From positions 1 to 54,633 of the forward strand of contig CDRNVI010000064.1 of NCBI GenBank assembly GCA_977017575.1: DNA of 54,633 bases. The letters run 5' to 3'. Positions 42,754 to 52,600 of the stretch are shown here, piece by piece. The notes beneath the pieces were generated by a model. The model was not told where the DNA came from. It saw only the letters and a program-made list of their open reading frames with translations, and ran no database searches. How positions within the stretch are numbered: the stretch's first letter is position 1; each line of letters opens with the position of its first letter. A program made the translations under genes and the position numbers. This DNA is from Paramoeba atlantica (taxonomy: Eukaryota > Protista > Discosea).

Positions 42754-43682
42754 CACCCCCGCCAAAAAGTATTGTAATTTATTAGTATCGACCACGAATA
42801 TTTGGTCGATACTAATAAATACAATACTTTTTGTCGATTTCCACGAGTTGCTACTGGCTTCCAAAAAGTTGGACTTTATCATATGGGATCCTTGTAAACG
42901 TATAGTGAAGCACAAAAACAGGTCGAATGGAAATTAGCACCATGGAAATAGCACAAATTAGCACAATGAAAATAGCACCATGGAATTAGTAATTTAATTA
43001 TTTTGACTACTCAACGCTAAAGTAGTGCGAGAGAGGAACCATATTCCGAGCCTGTTCAAATCTTGCCTTAGCCTTCCGCGACATTCCAAGTGTCTCTTTA
43101 CGGCGGGCTTCTGATTTTTCGATGGCTTCCCTGCGTGCCTCAATTTCCTGCGCAGAAAGCTTCCGCGGCCTTCCGCGTTTCTTTTCGACTGAGGTTCCTT
43201 CATTGAGGTTTGGGGAATTGTTTTCTTCTTCGCTTTCAGATACGGTAACAACAATTTCGCTTGCATCAGAGGACTCTAGCAGAGATTTGAAGGAACCCAA
43301 TCGCGTAGTGCGAGTACAAATTTCTCCAAAGAGGACACGAGGAATTTCCGTCACATCCCAAGATGCAGTTACTTGGCGCGCACGGAGTTCATTCATTGCC
43401 TGGATAATAAAAAGTACCTTGTTTTCACGACAAATACGCTTCGACACGGCGGTCGCCTTTTTGACAGCAGTATCAATAGAATTACGGGCGAACAGACGAG
43501 ACACATAGTCATTGTACAGAGCCTTCAGTGGCCGCGTATATCAGAACTCATTATGTAAATTTCTGGAAAGTTCGAGAAAAAAACTAAAATTCTGGTCAAA
43601 ACTCAAAAAAATGGTCGATACTAATAAATACAATACTTTTTGTGTCGGCCATTTTTGTGGACAATACTTTTGGGCGGGAGTG
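42754..43682 (-). mobile_element. TA-flanked TIR element carrying a 165-aa AT-hook ORF (43007-43504)
   Basis: TA|cac(c/t)cccgcc(a/c)aaaagtattgt termini, subterminal GGTCGATACTAATAAATACAAT repeats, and a KKRGRPRK motif in the ORF. Confidence 0.65.
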
Positions 43683-43700
43683 TACACTAGCAATCAGATA

Positions 43701-44419
43701 TAAGTCCCCCCCCTCGAAAATTGAAAAACTGGCCTGTTTTTTATCATCTTTTTTTTGAACGTGTAGAGAATTTTACATAGGTGCGTTTCCCGCTGTTTAA
43801 ACTGGTTTTTCTCGACACATTAGGATCGAATTATTTTTTGAAAAAAGGAGCCGAACAAATGATTTTTTTACAAAAATGATCCATTTTTTGATATATTTAC
43901 CGGGTAAAACCCAATAAATACAATCACTGCAGGAATAGAAGATTACACAAAGACAAGCTTAATATCCAATATGCCATCCCCCGTTCTCCAACACCTTGTT
44001 CATACTTTTTAAATACTCTGAACACATTTTTTTTCCATCGTACATTTTTACCCATTTTCGTACCGTTTTTTTATCAATTTTATATTTTTTATAGATGGAA
44101 GTGGTGGAAGCACCGCGTTTTCGTTCAATAACAAACGAAATGCGCATTGCCAGCGTCGTACGCTCCGAGTTTAGGTAACTCGGCCTGTGGTTCCTCACCA
44201 TGGGTATAAAAAGGGTAGTGTCAATGGGAAAAAAAGGGAAAATTTGACTGTACATTGGAAAATCTCATTTTTGAACAGTATTTCGAGTGCCAAAAGCGTA
44301 TATTAAGTTCTTACAAAAAAAGAAGACCGGCAAAGATAGGCTAGGGATCGAGATCTCTCGTTTGCCGCTGGAATTAGGTCAAACGGACGAGCGACCGAAA
44401 AATAAAGGGGGGGGACTTA
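43701..44419 (-). mobile_element. Internally deleted Tc1/mariner element
   Basis: TA|taagtccccccc ... gggggactta|TA. ORF 43959-44255 fuses an HTH (IDKKTVRKWVKMY) to a transposase C-terminus (SMNKVLENGGWHIGY). Confidence 0.7.
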
Positions 44420-45397
44420 TAGCTGAACGACAGTGTATAAACTACATATATAAAGTTATTCGGACCCCTGTTTGGAACATAGACCAGACGTTTTCTATGG
44501 GGGAAAGGTCTGGTGAATTGGGGGGGGGCAATTTTTCAATACATCTTTCATTCTATTTGTAATATACTCCTTAGAGGTATGGGCGGTGTGTGCCGTAGCC
44601 CCATCTTGTTGAAAAATAAAATTCTGGGGGAAAGGTACCTTTTTCAGCGTGTCTATGTAGGACATGCTTGTGATAGACGAGTCAGAGCCCAGAATAATTA
44701 AACCCCCCCGCGCACATTAGTTACATAGGATTTTGGAAACTAATAGGTGATATGTAACTAGTAAGTGATTTTTTAATTGCTCGTAACTAATAAGTGATTT
44801 TTCAAAGCGTCGAATTCCAACTTTATTAGTTACGAGTAAAAGTTTTCACAGAAGAAGTTTTAACGATACCTTGTCCATCCGCTCTTGCTTTAAATGTGCA
44901 ATTTAAACGGTAATCAGCATTTAGCAATATAAATATCACAATTCTGGACATCTGTTTTAGTTTGGGTCCAGGCTTCTCTCTCTTTGCAGAATTCCGCTTC
45001 ATTTATGAATTTTGCAGTTTCTCTTCAGCACTCGTTTGGTGATTCATCGATCATTTCGAATATTGTTTCGTCGTCACTTTCAATTCGTATAATTCGCATG
45101 GTTGTGGGTGTTAGTTAGTTAGTATTACGTCCGTTTGGCCAACTAAGGGCTATGGACGCCTAAGAGCAAGCTGAGGAACCTTCCGCTCCGTCCCCGCGAG
45201 AGCGAATCATTGCTGTTGAACGGTCAGGCGTGCGGTCGTGAATCTTAAAAGGGGGGTATAAAAAGGGGGGGTGATCAGCCCCCCTTTGGTTGTGGGTGTG
45301 GTGTGGGTTACGTGTGGGTGTGCAAAGGTGGTTTCTTTTCAATTCGTATTATTGGTTCCCAAATCCTCGGGTTACTCAGAGGCTAAGGCTGTTATCT

Positions 45398-45744
45398 CTT
45401 GGCGAAGAGAAGAATAAAATATGAAAATACGAATTTCCAAGAGGGAAGAAGTTCCAAGCAAAAAAAAAGTATTTTCGAATTAATTACTCCACGTAACTGA
45501 TAAGTGGTTCGCAACTAATAAGTGATTTTTATCGTTTTCTGTAACTAATAAGTGATACGTAACTACGTACCTTATTGGTACTTGGCGAAGAGAAGAATAA
45601 AATATGAAAATACGAATTTCCAAGAGGGAAGAAGTTCCAAGCAAAAAAAAGAATTTTCGAATTAATTACTCCACGTAACTGATAAGTGGTTCGCAACTAA
45701 TAAGTGATTTTTATCGTTTTATGTAACTAATAAGTGATACGTAA
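45398..45744. repeat. 183-bp tandem duplication
   Basis: cttggcgaagagaagaataaaat starts at 45398 and at 45581. Confidence 0.9.
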
Positions 45745-46213
45745 AGAAGTAGGGGACGCACTTCGCACTCTTCACCCCTCCCCGGCTCGCTCTCTTCAAG
45801 TGAGCTTTCTTCCCTCCCCGGCTCTCTACTTCTCGTGCTTTCTTCTCCCGGGAGCTATGCGCCATGGTGGCCTCCCTTGAGGACCACTGGGCGTGCTACA
45901 GCGGGAGGACACGTTGTATGCGTGTATAGGGGATGCGAACTTGCACCCCTCTCTCCCTACATGCTGTAGCGAGTGCGGCGGTAACGGACCTCCCCATGAT
46001 GCATCATGATCCACGATAGACCATCTGACAGCATGAACCCACGGCTTGACCGTGTTGCAGCATGAACCATGGCTATACGTGCTGTAGCATGACCGATGGG
46101 CGACTCGTCTCCTACCTCGCACTCCACTCTCTGTGTGACACCCGTCGTATGCGGGTCATGCGCTGATGGTATCGGCCGTCACACAGAGAGACGTATCTCT
46201 GCGCCACGAGCGT

Positions 46214-46363
46214 ATGATCATAACCTACGTACCTTGTTGGTACTTTTTCCTTAGTTCATCCTTTCTTTCCCCGGCAACGGGCATACTCTTACTGTATTTT
46301 CATGCCCGTTGCCGGTCGGTACTAAGGCCGAAACTGTCCCTCTCTATTGTTGAAGCAGGGGAC
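46214..46363 (+). ncRNA. Diverged SL RNA-like gene, probably a pseudogene (exon core replaced)
   Basis: atgatcataa-cctac-GTACCTTGTTG|GTAC, followed by an intron homologous to 32239-32357 with compensatory changes. Confidence 0.65.
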
Positions 46364-47005
46364 GCGCTTCCACCCCTTCATCCCTTCCCGACTCACTCCC
46401 CTGGAGTGAGTGTGCTTCCCTCTCTCGGCTTCCCCTTCTCTCGCAGTTACCTTTCCGAAGAGGCCATGCGTCACGGTGGCCTCCCTTGAGGACCACTAGG
46501 CGTGTCCTCCGCCGACGAGACTCCCGGCTCTCCGCACCTGGGGGTCGCCCAGCTCTCTGCACCTCGGCTCTGTCGCAGCTCTCTGCACCCGGATTGCCCC
46601 CGAAACTGTAATATGGGGATTACGCATCCGGCTCTCTGCACCTGCACATGACAACCGAGCTCTCTGCACCTGGGACTCCAGCTCTCTGCACCCGCACACC
46701 TCCGGCGAGGGCGAACCCTCACTTGATCCACCCGTCGTATGCGGGCACGGACTTTGTGAGCATAATCTCTGCACTATAAGTGCATGAACGAACAATAATA
46801 AGTGATGTAACTAATGTGCGCGGGGGGGGGTTTAAGTGTTTCCACCCTACTCCTATGGCACCCCAAACTTGGCATCTCGGCGCCCAGCGTACTGGTTCCC
46901 CATGGAAGCAGATTGGGGTGGTTCCCCAAGGAAATAGATTAGGGTGGTTCCCCATGGAAATCACAGTAATGCTTGACTAAATGAGGGAAACAATAGTTTT
47001 GGCGA

Positions 47006-47761
47006 AAAGGGACCAGAAGTGCGCATTTTTGTCATAAAGTATTTTTTCCGCGGTCTTTTACAAAAGACGAAAAGTGACCATTTTTCGAGCGAAATAGAGT
47101 GCTTTATACGTATTCGCCGCACCATGATACATGCGCAGCGATAAAATTTAGTAGATTATCATCAGCTTTTCCTATTCTTCGAAGCGGGGCGGTAATAATC
47201 GTGTACGTAGACTCCGGGCCGATGGTTCACAGTGGGTTAATGTGGTCGTGAAGACCAATCGCTATCATAAGGCCGAGGAAATCTTTGTAAGCTCTCTCGC
47301 TGATCGTCGTGCAGTGACCACTAATCCCGAAGTGCTGGACTTGGCAGTAGGCCCTAGGACCGTTGATGGACCGTTGATGGATGGTTGGCGAGGAAGTGCT
47401 GCGTTAGGTGATGGTTTGCGTCACGGAGCCGTGAATCATCGACGTCATTGGGTCGATCCAGAGACAGGAGTCCATACGCAGACAGTTGAGTGCATGAATG
47501 GACACCTTAAAAAGCAAGTACGCACTCGCGGCACAGGCACGCTTGGACGTGAAGACAACGCCCGCAGCGCTCGCTTAAAGTTTAGTGGTGAGGTTGTGAA
47601 CGGGAAATTAAAACGAGGGGAGCACTGCGGGCATCCTCTACGTAGACTCTTGCTGGAAGTGCAAATGTACTGTAGACATGTAGAAGTTAGTTTAGAGTGA
47701 AATGTTTTATAAAATGGTGAAGTTTAAAAAAATGTGAAAAATGCGCACTTTTGGGCCCTTT
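47006..47761 (+). mobile_element. Merlin/IS1595(ISXO2)-like element with a partial transposase (47155-47700)
   Basis: MDGWR...HGAVNHRRHWVDPETGVHTQTVE motif. Imperfect TIRs aaggg(a/c)cca(g/a)aagtgcgcattttt; no TSD seen. Confidence 0.75.
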
Positions 47762-48140
47762 CAACCTAGTTTTTTACAACAACAAACAATAAAATATTTT
47801 GGAATAAGAAATGCATTACGTTCGGCGAGTACAAAAAAAGCTGCCACGCGTACTAAGAGAGAACCTCATACCGCGGTATTCTTATACTGCATAGCTAGGG
47901 CATGTGTAATCACTTGGATATGCGCGAAACAAAAAAGGTTTATTAAAAATAATCAACATGTTCGTGGGATGTGTACCTCCCCGAAAAGTGTTCAATGCGT
48001 TCTATGTGTTCAATGAACAAAAAAAAGTGTTCATAGAACACATAGGTATGTAGTATGAATATGCTTTGATATTTCTTCGTCAGTACTATCTTTCGAAATG
48101 TGTCCTGTAGGATGAAACTATTAGCACTGTCAACTGAGTG

Positions 48141-48950
48141 CTACAGGCTGACAAACCATGGTGGTGGTGAAGGTGTGACAAGTTCGAATTCATTTTCTGC
48201 CAAGTATACCCATTCCATCGAATCACTTAAATGGTCCAAGTGAAGACTTCCCGAAAGCAGGTTGGTGTGTAAATCTAATCGTTTCAGTGAAGCGGGAAGA
48301 TGTGATAAATTTAAACTTCCATAAAATCGATTGTTTCCCAAATAAAGTCCATGCAACGAGTCGGGAAGCTTGTCTAGATGAAGTTCTCCCGTAAACTTGT
48401 TGTCATTCAAAGCGAGATAAAATATGTTCGTTGGCAAGGTTGTGAGGTCTAAATGGCCATGAAGAGAGTTGTAGCCTAAATTTAGTCTAGATATTCCTTG
48501 AGGTAAAAGAGCAAGAACTATTTCAGATTTGAAAGTGTTTTCAAAGGCTACGAACTCTTGCAGGGCAGTTGGGAAATCTTGGCAACTTATTGTTCCTTGG
48601 AACATATTTTCATTAATATAAAGGAGTGACAAGACAGTCGGCAGAGCACAGAATGTTATGTTCCCTGATATCTTGTTTCGGCTTAGTATTATGCGCTCTA
48701 TTGTATGAGGAAGAAATTCCCAAGAAAGAATCCCTGTAATTCCACTTGATGCTCGATCAATGGCTATGACATTCATGCCTTCATCAAGACCAATTCCTTC
48801 CCATTGTGACAAGCTTTTCGATGAAGTCCACGAACGTGGTGCGTAAATCAATTTTTGTACCACTCTTTGCATCTGAATTTCAGGCGGTAAGATGCCATTG
48901 CTTACTTTGCCGCGCAGCGAGCCAAATTCTGACCCCAAAACACATTTCAT
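48141..48950 (-). CDS. LRR-family protein
   Basis: 269-aa ORF with an SW...QWEGI cap and ~7 LRRs. Confidence 0.85.
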   Translation of the reverse strand: MKCVLGSEFGSLRGKVSNGILPPEIQMQRVVQKLIYAPRSWTSSKSLSQWEGIGLDEGMNVIAIDRASSGITGILSWEFLPHTIERIILSRNKISGNITFCALPTVLSLLYINENMFQGTISCQDFPTALQEFVAFENTFKSEIVLALLPQGISRLNLGYNSLHGHLDLTTLPTNIFYLALNDNKFTGELHLDKLPDSLHGLYLGNNRFYGSLNLSHLPASLKRLDLHTNLLSGSLHLDHLSDSMEWVYLAENEFELVTPSPPPWFVSL

Positions 48951-49222
48951 GATTTCGTTTCGACACTTGATGATTCGTTAACACAAAAAAAGAGAACTAA
49001 TTAGCTAGTAAAAAATAGTAAAGATACCTTCAATATCATGTCTCAAGTTGATACCACTACTCCTCGGAGAAAAAAAGAGTGACATGGTAATACACAGTAT
49101 CCATATTTTAAATATGGATGTTAAATAAAAAAATACTTCGTAATTAACAAAAAATACTTCGTAGTTAGATATCCTGTGTAGGCTGAAAGTCAGATCCGCT
49201 AACAAAAAATACATTGCAATTA

Positions 49223-49378
49223 CAGTGGTGATCAGCGTCTTACCCCCTCAGGGGGGGGGTAGGGGGTCGCTCGGATTCGGAACGATTGAGTCGAAAAACG
49301 GTGGTATACCAAATATTTCCAAAAATCTGACAAAAATACAAGACCTGTGGGGGGGAGCAAAGACGCTGATCGCCACTG
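49223..49378. mobile_element. 156-bp Tc1-type MITE
   Basis: TA|cagtggtgatcagcgtctt ... aagacgctgatcgccactg|TA. Confidence 0.85.
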
Positions 49379-49635
49379 TAGATATTCTGTGTACGCAGCG
49401 CGTGACTCTTTGTGATGTGACTTCCGTGACGTCCAAAGTTGCAGTGCCGTAAATGCGACACAATGGCTAGCTACGGGCACTGGTACAATTAAAAGTCACG
49501 AGAATAACAAAAACCAACAAAATGAAGAAGAAAAATTACACCGCTCCGCGGCTCCGTATTTACATGTGTAAATACGTGTAAGGACATTTTTTCGTTGACT
49601 TATCTGCAGGATAACTGTTATTCAGGGGTCAAGAA

Positions 49636-52600
49636 TCAGAAACGGAGGACCTCAACACCTTGTCCTGTTACAACAAGTGTTTGACGTCGAAGTTTTTCAG
49701 ACAATACCGCAACCTGAGCTTGTGCTACTTCCGTCCAACATAACTTCGTGTTAACGAGTCGTGTACGAGTGGAGTGGTGCTGACTTGTGACATTGTTGTC
49801 CAAAGAATTCCCCCAAAAAGTGAAAACATGTACCCGACGGTCCGCGCCGACAGACCACGCCGCGCACGGAGAGTGAAACCCAACACTACGTACTGCCGCA
49901 CAATGAATGCGAAACAGTCGCATAGTGTTGTGAAAATGGAGATGAAAAACTAGCTCGGTACATTTGGTGTTTGCTTCGTAAAGAGGCTTCACTGATATAC
50001 TAAACACGGAGAGCGTTACTGTCTCGTCCTCGGAGCCTGTAATCATTTGATAGTACGCATTCTCATTTTCCGGGCACGTAGATTGTGTAATTTGCAGAGA
50101 AAAGACGGGACCACGATGAGCCGAAAACAGTATCATATCGGAGCTCTCTGCAGATGTTAGGAAAGGAAACATGCTCGACGAATCACGCCATCGCACCTTA
50201 CTAAGAGAAATATCTTCGAATACGTCGTTCATGATCAAAAACATAATATTTCCACTACCTGTTCCAGCTGCAACCAAATAGTAAGACTGAAGTTCATTTG
50301 AATGCCCCAGCACGGATTTATCTCCGTATAGATCACGGCATGCGGTGCAACGTATGGGACCTGTAGGAAAAGTGCGGGACCATGAAATATTCTTCTCAGG
50401 TTCGGCCTCGGGAGAAAGCGATATACGTATCACTGCAAGAGTTCCCTGCGATGTTCCTATCATAGCTTTGTACGTGAGTGGTGAAGTAATGCCCATTCTA
50501 AGAGAAATCTCGCTTGCGCATTTCGAAGGAATTTCACAAAGAGTAAGAATACGGTTTAAAACTTGGGACCCGGAAAGCGTAAAACTACGAATGCACTCCA
50601 GTGAAACTGCATTAATAACGTCTGTTCCAAGTTTTGTATCTACATAGCTCACATTTTTAAAGTCATTCGTATTTTGTAGGCAGACTTCCCAGAGTTGCAC
50701 ACGCTCTTGACCCCCAGCTGTAAGAAAGTGCCTTAGGTGTCGCCGTGTGGAACTATCGTCTGCGTTGGTGTGGTGGTATGAGTGAAGTGCGGTGACACAC
50801 AATGCGGCACTGCGCCCTGTGTAGCGTAAACAAATGGGTTCCAAATGGAGACTACCTAAATGTTCAGTCAGCGAAAGAAGACCTACGGTACTGTCCTCAC
50901 TAACACATGCCATAAGCTCCACATTCTGAGACCCTCGCAAGTGGATAGGTTGCGACAGACAGCAAACATCATGAATCATGTGTCCTTGAAAGCCCTCCTG
51001 GAAAGACTCAACGAACCCTGCGTTCGAGCCTATATTTTCCAATGAACCACTATCCTGTGTAATAAACCTCGCCTTGTTACCATTTTGAACACACACTACG
51101 GTGTACAAACCTGTTGAGCAAAATTTTGTACGTAGAGTGCGGTAACTTCTGGTTACAGTGTGACTCGCCCTCTCACGTAATGTATGGGAGTCATACACTT
51201 GCATGCGGCTGCCTGTGACTCCCACAATACAGCCCTCATGATGAAAATTATCGCAATGCATCGGCGCCCTTAGCAAAGGGCGATCAGAGAAGTGCAACAC
51301 AGAGGACATCAAAGCACTTAGTTCTACTCGGGAGTGAAAAACCCAGGGCAGTATAGAATCATGATATTGCGACGCTCTGTGATGAATCACAGCTCGTTGT
51401 ATTAAACTTACGGCACCGTCACTACCACAAATAGCAACTCGGATTACGTCGCATTCGGGATGAATCTGCTCCAACATATAGCGAACACTGTTGATGGCCC
51501 CTTGGTGGATGCGGGAAAAGCTTGATACTGGAGCAGAAGGTGTAGAAGGTAAAGGGGACTGAGCTTTTCTTGCGTGCGACACGTTGCACAGATCATGAAA
51601 AAATACAGATCCATTTTTGGTGCCTACACAAAGCATGTACACCACTCTTCCAGAAACTGTGAAAAGATTATTGGTGTAGCAGTCGGCATGAATACTTCCT
51701 TTGCGGAGGGAAATGGACCACAGAGCGACGAAGCGTGCAGAAGGAAAACGTGGTTCATCGTTGCGCGTATTGGATTCGTCGTATTGATAAGACGCAACGG
51801 TATCGATTGGGTCTAGCACCATTAGTTTATCCTCGTCGTAAACGTTCATGCGACATACTTTTCGGGAAAGAAGAGGAAAACAATGGAGCTGTATGGAGTG
51901 AGTGGTGCAGTCTTCTACGCTTTCCTTGGTCGAGTCGAGCGAAGAAGTTGGAAAGCTTTGGTGTGCGCTGCCCCGATTAGTGTCACATATTGAGATAACG
52001 TCCACTGTTCCGTTTGAGTACCCAACAATGCCAAGGAAACGTACGTGGGAAACCGACTTGTGTAGCCACATTGTTGTCAAACAAGTAATTTCCTTCTGAA
52101 TCATTCTTATTGAATCACTCTTCTCATTCAAAGCAGAGACTTTTGTGGTACTGGAGTACGCGGAAAATAACATGGCCTTGACAAGATTCGTTTGACTACT
52201 TTTTTCATGCACCGCGAAATCGAAACGGGAAGTGGAGAATTCACATCTTAGTAAATCACTCTGAAAGTCACTTTTCTCATCTGGACATAAAAACACATCA
52301 ATGGCACAGAGCTTTGCTCCACATGGTTCAAGACCAACGTACGGAGTTTCGGAAAATACTGCCCATGGTATACCAGTAAGATATAGTCCCCCGTCAAAGC
52401 CTGCAGTGCAGAAGTAAGCTTCAAACGTGACATCATCATTAACGTCGTTCTGAGAGTTAAAAGAAAGGCTGAGATCCACGGACCGAATTCCTCGTGGTCG
52501 GTGTTTTTCCCATCGATGAATCCTTTGCTGACGAGTAAGGTCCCACAAATTTGCTGCACCGTCTTCTCCTGCACTCAGCGCACAAAGACAACCGTGGGCC

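Larger units (their letters stand above)
44701..46832. mobile_element. 2.13-kb TA-flanked TIR element (AACC termini) carrying SL RNA gene cargo
   Basis: TA|aacccccccgcgcacattagttacat ... atgtaactaatgtgcgcgggggggggtt|TA, with GTAACTAATAAGTGAT subterminal repeats. Confidence 0.85.
44440..46885 (-). pseudogene. Tc1/mariner transposase remnant split by the 44701-46832 element
   Basis: Rejoining at the TA gives CQVWGAIGVGWKHL-IILGSDSSITSMSYIDTL...FIFQQDGATAH...PPNSPDLSPIENVW, with a further frameshift in the G9 run at 44520-44528. Confidence 0.75.

Noticed and set aside
45860-45900. HDV-like ribozyme / ingi-SIDER 77-bp signature in the GC-rich spacer
   Set aside because: Only a simple hairpin is evident. 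I could not build the nested double pseudoknot or match the signature, and SL spacer identity explains the repeat.
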